Positions 28,101-39,442 of a DNA stretch of 64,000 bases are shown here, one piece after another. Each line of letters starts with the position of its first letter. Within the stretch, counting starts at the first letter, position 1. The notes below the pieces were generated by a model, which searched no databases, was not told the DNA's origin, and saw only the letters and a program-made list of their open reading frames with translations. The translations under genes and the position numbers were made by a program. The stretch is taken from assembly GCF_030144855.1 (NCBI RefSeq), contig NC_082734.1, positions 17,732,001 to 17,796,000 of the forward strand. The letters are read 5' to 3'. Source of the stretch: Hypanus sabinus (Eukaryota).

Positions 28101-31100
28101 CCCTCGTTCCCCTCAGTGTTTCCCTACGCACCATCACCCCCGGCATCGTCTGGGACCCACAACTGCCCCACCGAGCTCCTCCTACTCCTCGATCTGAGGA
28201 GGCGGCCTGTTGTTGTTGATATTTCCCTCCGGGTAGGGTGACCGTTCCTGTTCCTGTTGAAACTCCTGGCAGAAAGATCGGGGTTTTTAACTGATCGTGC
28301 AGAGATGCTGTAACTGTGAGGATCTTCTTCTGAAGCCCATCACCCCTGCTGGGGCATCGGCCTCTGACAGCGGCCCACCAAAGTCTTCTGGCCTGCCCTG
28401 GGCCAGTCTTTCAAGGTGCGTCGCAGATCCTTCCTCTCCCAGGGACGAGGCCTTTAGAGCTTCCGTCGGTGTTTCTAGAGCACCGGGTTATTATGGGATG
28501 GGGTTGCCGACCTCATGCCAAACCCTCCTTTTGAAGCTGGGCTTGGGACCATTCGTGCAGATTCTGGCTTGGATACAGAACCATTTAGACCAGAGGGTCC
28601 ACAGACCCCTCTGTTAATGATCATGGCATTACAAAAAGGTTGGGAAACCCTGATTTAAACTCTATATTGTCATTCCTATGTGAAATAAATTATTGTTGGA
28701 AATTATTAGTATTTTATATTTACTTCTCAGTCTATTTTGCCTTTTGTTTCCCTCTATTGCTCGTTCTGAATTGGATTTGACTGTATCCTTCCCTAAGAAA
28801 CCCATATTTTTGAGTTAGACCATTAAGACCATATGACATAGGAGCAGAATTAGCCCATTCAACCCATCGAGTCTGCTCCACCATTCGGTTATGGCTAATT
28901 TGTATTCTCTCCCAAATCTATTCTCCTGCCTCCTTCCCATAACCAGGAATCTATCAAGCTCCTCTTTAAATATACCCAATGACTTGGCCTCCACAGCCGT
29001 CTGTGGAAATCCCAATTTACTTGTATATCGCTTGATCAGCAGATGGGGTGTATTTAAGTAATTGTGTTCAAATTATCTGCAGTCTCATGTTGCATTAGGT
29101 ATGAGAAGTTATGAGGGGTATAGATAGGGAAAATGCAAACACTCTTTTTCCGCTGAGGTTGGATGAGACTAGAACCAGAGGTCGGGTCTAAGGGTGAAAG
29201 CTGAAATATTTAAGGGGAACCTGGGTGGGGGAGCTTCATTAATCGGAGAGTGGAATGAGCTGCAGTGGAAGTGGTGAGTGCGGGTTTGATTTCAGCATTT
29301 AAAGGAAGTTTGGATAGGCACATGGTTGGTAGAGGTATGGAGGGCCGTGATCCAGGTGTGAGTCAAGGGAACTAAGCAGAGTAACAATTCAGCACATAGA
29401 TGGGCTGAAAGCCCCGTTTCTGTGCTGTAGCGTTCTATGACCCAATGAATCCCACAGCTTCACCGCTTTGGATGAAGAAATTCCTCCTCACCTCTGTTCC
29501 CTGATACTCAGTGAGATCCATGGGCCTCCCTCACGGAGAACTGTCGGCCTGCGTTCGTGAAGCAGTGTATTGTTTCTGAGTGAAGGAGGTGGGACAAGAT
29601 GAGGTACAGGGATGAGGAGGGGGTGTAATTCTGCTAAATGCCACAGGTTCAGTGGCAGTCAGTGGGCAAATTCTTCCCCGGACAGTTTAGTTCTCCTCAG
29701 TATTCCTGGCATGGAGCCCACATCCGGCAGGAACGAGACGACGGGGTGCTGACATTGCTTCAGGGTGACGGTCTGTGCTGCCTTTTACAGTTCTGAAGAA
29801 GGTGAAGCACCGGCTGGTGGAGAACATGAGCTCTGGTACAGCCGACGCTCTGGGCCTGAGCCGGGCCATCCTGTGCAACGGTGAGTGTGGGGCAGCATTC
29901 AGGGGACAGGCGGGGGATTTATTCAGTGTCGACACATGACACGAGCACGTTGGAAACAGGGGCAGACCCAGGCTATTCGGCCCCTTGTACCTGTTCCAAC
30001 ATTCAGTAAGATTGTTACCGATTTTTTACCTCAGCACCACCTACCTGCACCGATCCCATTATATGCCAAAGTCTATTGATATCTGAGAGTGCGGCCGGGC
30101 TTTAATTGGGGAGGGGTAAGGGAGGGTGGGCTCCTTATGCTTGATAGTGCCTGTGGGTGGAGTTGTGTGGTAATGGGGATCAGCTCCCATGACCTATTAA
30201 TGCTCCCGTTGGTGTGTGTTTCAGTAGCCTCTGACAGCCAAGTCCACCTGCTGGCCTTCAAGCGTGGCTCAGCTACTAAACCCATCTCTACCGACAGGAG
30301 AAGGGGCAAAGGCGGGTTGCTGGCACCTTCGGGCAGACGGGGCAGCTGGACTAGGAGAAGGAAAACTCTGATCTCAAACTTACGCTGCCCTATGGCTGCA
30401 CCCACTTGTGGGGAAGGCTTCGGGATGAAACCCCGAGGAAGAATCCAGGGCTGGAGTCCCTCGGACAGTCCTACGTTGAGTTCAATGCTGACTGGCAACT
30501 CCTGTGATGTTGCTGGTGCCAAACTGTATCGATCTCTGTCGTTCCTTTGGGTTCATCAGCTGTGTAGAGAGGGGGAGCCCGCTACATGGGCAACAGCTTG
30601 CTTTCCATACCTTACTGCCCAGGCTTGTGTATCGTGTAGACAGCTGGGTCGCAATATCTATGGCTGACTCCGACAAACAGAGGGCTCCTCACGAGGGAGG
30701 GTGGTTGTTAAGGGTTCAGTGACAAAACGAGGCCATTCAGCCCATTACACCTGTGCCTGTTCAAGTATAGCTCCACTACCTGGTCCAACCTTCTAACCTG
30801 TGGGGTTCTGAGGGATGAGGTGGGGTTTTATTTGGGGTAAGCAAGGAGTGATGACTAGAGTTTGGTGGGAGAGGGAGACGGGGTTTAAAAGGAGAAGGAT
30901 ACTATGAGTTTATTCGGGGCTCATCGAGGAATGTAGGTTTGTTCAGGGTCAGAGGTCAGAGTTAACAGGGCTGAGACCAGGGTTTGTGGAAGTGAAACCT
31001 GGCGCCAATAATTCACAGGATGGCCTTTCTTCCAGACGGGCTTGTGAAGAAACTGGAGGAACTGGAGAGAACGGCGGAGCTGTACAAAGGTGAGGGGGGT

Positions 31101-34100
31101 GGGAGTGGCGGGGTGGTAGGGCCGAGGAGCGGGGGTGAGACTGTCTCAGGGTGATGTGGCAGGGGACTGGGTGGCTAGAAAGCCGTGATCGTTGGAAGGT
31201 TATCACAGCAGCGATGTGTTGAAGAGGTGCGGTGGAATAGGGTTTTGGGTGTGGAGGTTGCGGTAGTGAGGTGGCATGGGCTGGGGGTGCGGGTGGGCCC
31301 TGGGTTTGGGGACTGTGGATGTGGTTGTCAGGTTCTGGGGTGGACGCAGGGAGTGTGGATGTCAGGAAGTAGGATAGATGTGGGAGTGGAATGAGTGAAG
31401 GGTGCGAGTGCAAAGGTGTGTGGGGCTCGAGATCGGTGGAGTCCCATCTCCATTAGTGAGGATGCGTGTGTGTGTACACGTACAGACAAGGACAGGTCTG
31501 TGTGTGGTATTCAGGCAAGGGCTGGTCTGTGTGTGTGTAGGCAAGGACTGATGTGTGTACAAGCGAGGATTGGCGTGTGTACAATTGAGTTCTGGGTGTA
31601 TATGCAGGCAAGGGGCTGGCTGTGTGTGTGTAGAGGTGAAGACTGAGGGTTGGATATGCAGGGCAAGTTGGGTGTAAGTGCATGCAAGGTGGATGTGTGA
31701 GAGCCCTTACTTGTCTGTGTGAGGAACAGCAGGGAGCAAGGGCAGAGCCTGTTTATGAGGTTCACTGTTCCCACACTCAGGAAAGGCTTTAACAGCTTTG
31801 TGTTCGAAGTGCTAAAACATTTTCCCCTTCCCAACGTGTGGCAGGACTGATGGAACATACAAAGAGACTGCTGAGGGCGTTTTTCGAGCTGTCACAGACA
31901 CACCGAGGTAAGACCCGTTCATCGGCAACTTGGCCTGGGCTGGCAGGACGTGTTGTGCTGCAGCTCAGAGCTCTGATCTTCACTAGAAACAGGGGAAGGA
32001 GGTTCACCCTTTCAGCCTGGTTCATTTATCCCCTAACCTCCCTCCCTGAGCTAACGCAGGTGAGTACTGTGTACATTATAATGGGAGAGTTGTGTCCTTT
32101 GCCTGCCCCAGGGACTGGGTGATGACGATTAGAAACTAAAATCTGGAAGATGCTTCCTGTGGACCGGGAGCCAGGGAAAGGTGTATATGGTGCGTTGTTT
32201 TAAACTAAACACCAAGCTCCAAGGACATGGATTCCTACAGCACAGAAACAGGCTCTTCGGCCCATTTAGGCCATGCTAACCCAATCTTCTACCTTGTAAC
32301 ATCTACCTGCACCCAGACCACGTCTCTCAAAATCTATCCCAGCCATGAATCTAACCAAGCTTCCCTTAAATGTTACAACTGAATTCTTTTATCTGTCAGC
32401 TTGTTCCACGGTCGTGAGTGAAGAAGTTGGATAGATTTGTTTTTGGGCAGGAGCCGGGCGGGGGGTGGTTAGGATAGACTGGGAGGTTAATCTGGATGAG
32501 CTGTGAGGTGTGGCTGCTGTCATTCAGGCTGGCACTCTCACCCGTGTTTTGGTCCGTTTCAGCGTTCGGCGACGTGTTTTCCATCATCGGGGTGAGGGAG
32601 CCGCAGCCCTCTGCCAGCGAGGCCTTTGTCAAATTCGCAGATGCTCACCGGAGCATCGAGAAGTTTGGCATCCGACTCCTGAAGACGGTGAAGCCGGTAA
32701 GTCCCTGCCTCGGCAGCGCACGGCGGTAATGTGTCCCTTTGCTCAGCGAAGACACCGCTACAAAGTGGGTTCAGATCCACTTTGAAATGGTCAGGTGGAG
32801 AAGTGGAGACGCTGAGCCACCAAGCCACCCGATTTGTTCTTTCTCACTGAGTAATGGCTGACATTTCCACTTGCAGATGCTCAGCGACCTGAATACGTAC
32901 CTCAACAAGGCCATTCCTGACACTAAACTCACCATCAAAAAATACCTCGATGTCAAGTTTGAATATTTGGTACGTACTTGGCAAAACCTTCTTTGGATAG
33001 CAACCCCTCAGCCCTGACCCCAGCTAGTCCCTCCTCCCTTCTTATCCTAACCCCAGCTAATCCCACTTTCCTTCTCATCCTAACTCCAGCTAATCCCTCT
33101 TTCCTTCTCATCCTAACTCCAGCTAATCCCACTTTCCTTCTCATCCTAACTCCAGCTAATCCCACTTTCCTTCTCATCCTAACCCCAGCTAATCCCACTT
33201 TCCTTCTCATCCTAACCCCAGCTACTCCCACCTCCCTTCTCGTCTTAACCCCAGCTAATCCCACTTTCCTTCTCATCCTAACCCCAGCTACTCCCACCTC
33301 CCTTCTCGTCCTAACTAAACTTCATTCTGGCCCATTTTTTTCTGGTTTAATGGAACACGAGTTGTTAGAAATGGACTCTGCTTTGAAATTGAAATGAGCG
33401 TTGCAAAGGACCTAGTTGCGTTCTCTACATCTGATCTCTTTTGTCTCCTGCAAGCTGGAGAACTGGGTGCTGAGGAGCTACTGGCTGCGGTAGGTCTCTG
33501 TCACCCCCATGCAACTGAACAGCGATGGCCAAGTGCTCTTGACCCAAGGGCAAGCAGGTCACCGGCCCATGCCTCTGACAGCCCTGTCCAAGGCTTCACA
33601 ACAGATCTCTGCCCTCCACTGTCATGGGTCCAGCCCTGAAGGGGAAACAGAACTCAAGAAATACCACACTGTTAGGAGTGAGGGAGCGTCACGCTGTTAA
33701 AGAGGTGGTAACAAGGGTGTGCCCGGCTGTCAGAGGAGCCGGACTGAAGCTGATCATCAATCGGAGCAGGAATTGACCCGTTGAGCCTGCTCCACCATTC
33801 AATAAGATCCTGGCTGATCCGGCCATGGACTCAGCTCCAACTACCTGCCTTTTCCCCGTAACCCTTAATTTCCCCGCTACGCAAGACTCTATCCGGTTAT
33901 GTCTTAAATATATCTTCCCTGGGCAGAGAATTCCACAGATTCCTTGCTCTCTGTAAAAAGTACCTCTTCATCTCAATCCTAGATCAATTACACCAAGCCT
34001 TGAGGCTATGGCTGGCATGGTAGCGTTGTGGTTAGCACAAGGCTTTACATTACCAGAGACCCGGGTTCGAATCCCGTCGCTCTCTGTAAGGGTTTGTACG

Positions 34101-37100
34101 TTCTCCCCATGACCGTGTGGGTTTCCTCCCACAGTCCAATGATGTACCGGTTGGTAGGTGAATTGGTCATTATAAATTGTCCCATGATTAGGCTAGGGTT
34201 AAATCATGGAGATTGCTGGGCAGCACGCTTGAGGGGAGGAAGGGCCTGTTCTGCACTTGATGTCAATAAAGAAATAAATGTCCCCTAATTCTAGTATAAT
34301 TTACCAGTGGAAACAACTTTCCTGCCTCTATCTTATTTATTCCTTTCATACTTGTTGTATATTTCTATAAGGTCCCTCCTCATTCTTTTGAATTCCAGTG
34401 AATATAGTCCCCGGTGACTGAAATCTCTCTACATAGACCAACCTCCTCGTCTCCAGAATCTACCTGGTGAACCTCCTCTGGCCTGCCTCCAAGCCCAGTT
34501 GCTTTATCCGCTACAGTGTCCTTGGCCTGAAGTCGCGTATCTTGGCCAGGGCTGCGGTACCAACATCAGAGAGCCCGCACTCCCCGCCTGGTTGACGGGA
34601 CTACGATTACAGAGCGGTGGGCGGGGGCCTTCTCTGTTGGGATGACGTCCTGACGTTGCAGCTGCTGGAGGAGAGGACGTCGGCGGGGTGATGAACTTCA
34701 CGCACTAACAGCACGCGGGCTGGTCAGAGCAAGTCCTTGGACAGTGACGGGAATGGGTGGTGGGAAGAAACACTAACGTATACAAGAACCACACTTTGCC
34801 AAGCTACCAGCTCCTCGACCAGTCTTCCCGGTCAGCGGTGTCACTTCATGACCTGGATTGAGGGTGTTACTGTGAGGTCCTCTGCTTGTCTGAATATCTG
34901 TACTGGACTCTGTCTCCCCCCCCACCCCCCACACTGACTCCAGAACTATAGATCCTCACTGCCTCTCCTCTTCTCTAGGTACTCCTCTGCCTCTGTTCCA
35001 GACACCACTCTCCCACCTGCCCAGCCCCTGTATCCCAAGTCCCACATTCTCCCTACTTGCTTCCACCCTTGGGAAAAAGTGGTCACGGTGGAGGATTGAG
35101 CACAGATCCATCCCATCAAATGTTACCAGCAATACTCCATACTGTCCCATCAGACAATCCCGTGTTCAGACACAGAGTGAATCCACCTCCACAACGTCCC
35201 GTCACACTCTGCTGGATTCATTGATTGAGCACAGATCCATCCCATCAATTGTTACCAGCAACACTCAGGAGCCACTGACTGCACTGGCAGCATTGGGTTT
35301 TGTCAGAGCTTTCAGAGGAGAAGTTCCAGACACTGAGGGCCTGGACGAGATGGCCCAGACGGAGATGATGCACCGCCAAAACGGAGGATAATCCAGAGAA
35401 GAGATCCAATACGGTGAGGGCCCAGGCCAAGGGATGATCCAGAGTAGATGGCCCAGGACAAGGAACAGTTCAGAAGAAATGTCCCAGACAGTGAGAGCCC
35501 AGGACAGAGGGGAAGATCCAGAGGAAATATCCCAGATAGTGAGAGCCCAAGACAGGGGCAGCTGGGTCCCTGACAGCACTGTGGACCCTGCCCAGGGCTG
35601 GAGTTGTTCAGCCAACTTTGAGTTGTATCTAGAGCCAGTTGCGACCTCGCCGACCACGTTAACCCTGGCAAGTGCCTGCGGTGACCTGGTGTACCATCGT
35701 TTCAAAGTCAGATGTGCTGGACTAATTAACCAAACCTCACTCTGCCATCTGCCCAGATGGGATTTGCCCATCCCACTTCCAGAAACCTCGCCCCATTGGT
35801 TTTTACCGGTATGTCACTAAAGTGTACATTTCCACCCCACTTCACGTCCCCATGTCAACCACTGGCCTTTGCTGAGGGGGTGTACAAATGTTAATCGTGT
35901 TGGCTACCTCGTCTTGCTTGGAAGTGATTGGAATGCTGGTTTAAACCCCTTGGCAGCAGCTGCCTTGATCTGTAACCTCTCTCTCTTGTTCCGCACAGTC
36001 TTACTGTCTGAAGGTGAAGGAGATGGACGATGAGGAGTACAGCTGCATTGTGAGTGATGGCAGGGGGCTGGTGGGTTGGTGGTTGTGGGCAGCCGGGCAG
36101 GGCAATGCCCTGAGATCAATTGATCGGGGTACAATGACAGACTGGGCAGCTCCCTGTCACCTTCCACAATTGTTGCGACTGGAAAAGGTTGGTAGGCAGC
36201 TGTTCAGAGGGCCGGCAAGTCAGTGGGTTGGAGCGGGGGTGGTTTGAGGGGAAGATACCAGGTGGACAGGGGCTTCTGACACACTTTGGATTGGCTTTAA
36301 CTGGCGATTATGGCCACTTGCAGCATGATCATGAATGGGTTCAGCTGCGGCTGGAAAGGAGAAGGGATTCCTGGTACAGGGAATGGATTATTCTCCTGGG
36401 GTTGTGTGTTGACACGAGGCCATTGGAGCCATTCCCCCCCCCACCCCCCCACACTGCCGACGGTATGTGCTGCTCTCAGCAATGTCAGGAGTTCTGACCA
36501 CACAACCTTCCTCTTTGCCCCACACCAGGCCCTTCAGGAGCCCCTGTACCGGGTCGGCACTGGAAACTATGAGTATCGCCTGATTCTCCGCTGTCGGCAG
36601 GAAGCCAGAACGCGATTTGCCAAGATGAGGAAGGATGTCCTGGAGAAGATCGAACTACTGGACCAAAAACATGGTTGGTTTTAACTTTCTGTGCCGCACA
36701 CGCCATGGTTTGGGGTTGTTTTTGGCGGCTTTGTGTGTTCCAGGTCAAGAGGGCTTGGGATCAGGTGCTTTGTCAGGTGTGACGATTCTGTCCCAGGTGT
36801 GACTATGCTATCCCATGTGTGATGATTCTGTTCCAGGTGTGGCAGTGTTGTCCCAGGTGTGATTGAGGTATCTTTACATCAGGTGTAATTGAATCGGAGT
36901 GCAAATACAGAAACTCCCAACGAGACAGATACTCAACTAATCACAGTGAAGTCTTTTAACGAAATAGCAAAGATAAAGTAGCTGTAACGAGCAACAAGGG
37001 CCCCCACAAAGATGGCAAAGGGTTGCAGTGATTAGAGGCCACTATCATGAATCATAATGAAAATTACCAGCAAAATATAAAAAAATGTACAGATGTTGGA

Positions 37101-37889
37101 ATCAGAGAATGCTCAAAACACACTGCAAGTCAGTCAGCATCCGGGAGTCAACCTCTCCGGTCAGGGAACTGAAGAACAGGGCAAGTATAGAAAACCGGGT
37201 ACAGTTAAAGGTGAAGAGAATCTGGGATGGGATAGGGTGAGATGTGAGGGGAAGACAGGATCTGAATGATATTTATAATCACTGACGTATATCGTGAAAC
37301 TTGTGGCAGCAGTACAGTGCAAGATATGAAAATTACTGTAATTTTAAATAAATGCATAGTGCAATTGTGAGGTAGTGGGCTCCTGGAGCATTCAGAAATA
37401 TGATAGTGGCAGTGGGTGGGGGGGGGGGGGGAGGAAGCTGTTGTTAGAACATTGAGTGTGGGTGACAAAGATCAGTGTTGGCCAGAGATGCTTCTTAACG
37501 GCAACTAATCTGTCCGGAGGAAGGACAGACTGGCAACAAGCTGAAACTGTGAGTGTGGAGTAACAGTCCTGCGAGTCGAGCAGCATTTGTGGAGATGGGA
37601 ACTGGCCAGAGATTTTTAAAAAGAAACAAAGGAATTAGAAATTCTCTCTGTCGAGTCTGGTAACCACCTCTTCCCATTCACAGTTCAGGACATCGTGTTC
37701 CAGCTCCAGCGCTTCGTCTCCGCCATGTCCAAGTACTACGACGAGTGTTACGCCGTCTTGAAGGACGCGGACGTGTTTCCAATCGAGGTGGACCTGACCA
37801 AAACCATGCTGAACTACAGTCCGAAGGACCTTTATCCCGATGCAGAAGAGGAGGAGGAAAACGGAGAGAAACTCTTCGACGATGAATAG
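22117..37889 (+). CDS. PICK1: Protein interacting with C kinase 1 (PDZ + AH/BAR), 12 coding exons, 1185 nt / 394 aa
   Basis: Exons 22117-22157, 24622-24733, 26235-26363, 27996-28062, 29791-29880, 31036-31089, 31845-31907, 32563-32696, 32877-32969, 35999-36049, 36529-36673, 37684-37889. All junctions are GT-AG and the frame is consistent. N-terminus MFGDMDFEIEEDKL; PDZ KDSQNLIGISIGGG and CPC motif; BAR segments SSGTADALGLSRAILCND, KAIPDTKLTIKKY, GNYEYRLILRCRQ, FPIEVDL. Confidence 0.98.
22452..22644. repeat. 19/20-bp minisatellite, 10 copies
   Basis: Units A = TAGACAGGCACTCGATCAA and B = TAGACAACCCACTCGATCAA, in order ABBAAAAABA. Confidence 0.95.
24353..24537. repeat. 29-bp minisatellite, about 6.4 copies
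   Basis: Unit GTCACCCATTGACCGGAGAGGGTGTGGG(C/T). Confidence 0.93.
24622..24733 (+). CDS. PICK1: PICK1 coding exon 2 (GIPTVPG...YCPCLYIVQ)
   Basis: ttgcag| ... |gtgaga; PDZ carboxylate-binding loop. Confidence 0.97.
25190..25505 (+). mobile_element. Full-length tRNA-derived SINE with CORE-like body
   Basis: A box TGGCCAAGTGG, B box GGTTCGAACC, CORE-like TGTGTCCTGGAGCAAGGCACTTAACC, (TAC)n tail; 11-bp TSD ATCTCTTCGGG at 25179-25189 and 25506-25516. Confidence 0.9.
26235..26363 (+). CDS. PICK1: PICK1 coding exon 3 (VFDNTPAALDG...IQAVK)
   Basis: cggcag| ... |gtcaga. Confidence 0.97.
26910..27925 (+). mobile_element. Decayed Penelope-like element with inverted pseudo-LTR pieces
   Basis: FQVRKKFIC...VIHCIQC and RLGDRFVE remnants; degenerate hammerhead CTGATGA at 27618; GATGCTGC/CTGCTGAG tail in both orientations. 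Confidence 0.7.
27996..28062 (+). CDS. PICK1: PICK1 coding exon 4 (GEVTIHYNKLQADPKQGKTLDI)
   Basis: tgaaag| ... |gtaagt. Confidence 0.95.
29791..29880 (+). CDS. PICK1: PICK1 coding exon 5 (LKKVKHRLVEN...AILCN)
   Basis: ttacag| ... |gtgagt. Confidence 0.97.
30130..30693 (+). mobile_element. Non-autonomous RTE-like element sharing its 3' tail with the SINE
   Basis: 11-bp TSD AGGGAGGGTGG at 30119-30129 and 30694-30704; GGAGAAGGAAAACTCTGA motif; last ~190 nt align with the SINE 3' half. Confidence 0.7.
31036..31089 (+). CDS. PICK1: PICK1 coding exon 6 (GLVKKLEELERTAELYK)
   Basis: ttccag| ... |gtgagg. Confidence 0.96.
31845..31907 (+). CDS. PICK1: PICK1 coding exon 7 (LMEHTKRLLRAFFELSQTHR)
   Basis: tggcag| ... 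|gtaaga. Confidence 0.96.
32563..32696 (+). CDS. PICK1: PICK1 coding exon 8 (FGDVFSIIGVREPQ...KTVKP)
   Basis: tttcag| ... |gtaagt. Confidence 0.97.
32877..32969 (+). CDS. PICK1: PICK1 coding exon 9 (MLSDLNTYLNKAIPD...FEYL)
   Basis: ttgcag| ... |gtacgt. Confidence 0.97.
33017..33315. repeat. 33-bp minisatellite, 9 copies
   Basis: Unit ACCCCAGCTAATCCCACTTTCCTTCTCATCCTA. Confidence 0.95.
35999..36049 (+). CDS. PICK1: PICK1 coding exon 10 (SYCLKVKEMDDEEYSCI)
   Basis: gcacag| ... |gtgagt. Confidence 0.96.
36529..36673 (+). CDS. PICK1: PICK1 coding exon 11 (ALQEPLYRV...LLDQKH)
   Basis: caccag| ... |gttggt. Confidence 0.97.
36741..36865. repeat. Degenerate ~20-bp repeat containing CAGGTG
   Basis: About 5-6 CCAGGTGTGACGATTCTGTC-like units. 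Confidence 0.6.
37684..37889 (+). CDS. PICK1: PICK1 last coding exon (QDIVFQLQRF...EKLFDDE*)
   Basis: tcacag| acceptor; FPIEVDL; acidic tail; TAG at 37887-37889. Confidence 0.96.
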
Positions 37890-38411
37890 AATTCTTCTGG
37901 AAACCCTTATTGTTAAATAAGACCAAAGTAGGTTGCCTATAATTGGATTAATGCTCGTATTTATGTCTCCTGTGATGAGACTGTTGTCCTGTCACAGGGA
38001 ATCCCTGTTGTACAGACATTGGTTGTGTTGTTGGAATCTGTTCTTGCCTCCTGTGTCACAGTTTCCAGAGGTGGCCTGTGTAGTACTTCGATCTGCTGCA
38101 GGTCCACGTCCCTGCTCTCCGGGCACTGCGCCCTCACTCGGGCAGCCCCCAGCAGAAGATCCAGTGAAATCCACCTACCAGAATCAGTCGTGGACCCTCC
38201 TCCGCAGTCTGCCCTCCCACTCTGTGTTTGGAGGAGGTGACGGTTTACTGCCTGTGGAGGTACTCTCTGTTCAGGCCTGTATGCTGATGCTATGGCGTTT
38301 CCCCCATTTAGTTCCATGTTCTAGTCCGTGTCACAATCACTGAACGCTGCATTGTGTGGGTATTGGGAGTGTTACTGATGGGTGGTTTCTGTTGACATGT
38401 TTCCACATCAA

Positions 38412-38543
38412 TCTCTGTACTCTGGGTCTGAGAGATCTCCCTGATCTCTGCTCTTTGGGTCTGAGAATTCCCACTGACCTCTGCACTCTAGGTGTGGGAA
38501 TTCTCCCTGATCTCTCTACTCTGGGTCTGAGAGTTCCCCTTGA
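38412..38543. repeat. Degenerate 33-bp repeat, 4 copies, in the PICK1 3'UTR
   Basis: TCTCTGTACTCTGGGTCTGAGAGATCTCCCTGA-like units. Confidence 0.7.
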
Positions 38544-39436
38544 CCTTGAGCCAAATGGTAAACTGGCACTCTCCACATTTTGGAGAGCATAGGGGCACGT
38601 TGAAAATAACAGACGATGTCACTCCACCCTCACGTTATAGAAGTGAACGGAAAACAGTGTGAACTCACCTCACCCCCGGAATATCAAGCACTCTATGGAG
38701 CAGGGTCAGGAATCCAGGACATAAGAGATCAGTGCAGATCCGTGTTTCTGCACATAGGGTAGAAACAGAGGGAGGACTCAGTATCTGCTGCACTGTATGC
38801 GGTGGATTGAGAACCTTTCAAATCCCCTGGTTGTTTTTGTGTGGGGCCTCCCTTTAAAACCTCGGGCAAATGGTCACACTCATCATCACAGAAGTCGTAT
38901 AGCGGATTAAGAAAATCCCAAGTAAAAACTGGGTGTAGAAATTAATCTTCCTCATGGGCACAACTACTGCACACAAAAAGGCCCTGGACTAATCACTACA
39001 CTACACTACACTAATCACATTTTTTATTCTCCCCGCATTCTTATATCCGCCCCAGATTTTACCCCTCAACTATACCAAGGCCAATTTACAGCGACCAATT
39101 AACCCACCAACCCGCTCGGCAGAGGGATGTGGAAAGAAACCTGGTCAGAGAGAATGTGTAAACTGCACACAGACATCACGGTTAAACGTGGAACTCTGAC
39201 ACTTTGAGGATGTGGGACCGTTCTCCAGTGCTGTGTTCCAGGGATGTGGGCCGTTCTCTGTTAATCACCGTATTCTAAGGCTGTGGGACATTTCAGTCCT
39301 CTACTCCAGACGCGTCCGTGTTTCCCGATGACTTTTAAATGCTCAGTTTTGAACATATTCTGCTGCTGCTTCCACAACTGAGGGTGTGGTGAATGTTTTC
39401 CACCAGTTTGGTGAGATCTCTCACATCTTTTTTTCC

Positions 39437-39442
39437 AATAAA
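39437..39442 (+). terminator. Likely PICK1 polyadenylation signal
   Basis: AATAAA about 1.55 kb after the stop, with GU-rich sequence downstream. Confidence 0.55.

Noticed and set aside
32953-33397. Repeat proteins (LLILTPANPTF)n and (GLAGVRMRRKV)n
   Set aside because: These are translations of a 33-bp intronic minisatellite whose unit length is a multiple of three.
36884-37060. Possible LTR fragment starting TGTAATTG
   Set aside because: No matching terminus or TSD was found, so the evidence is insufficient.
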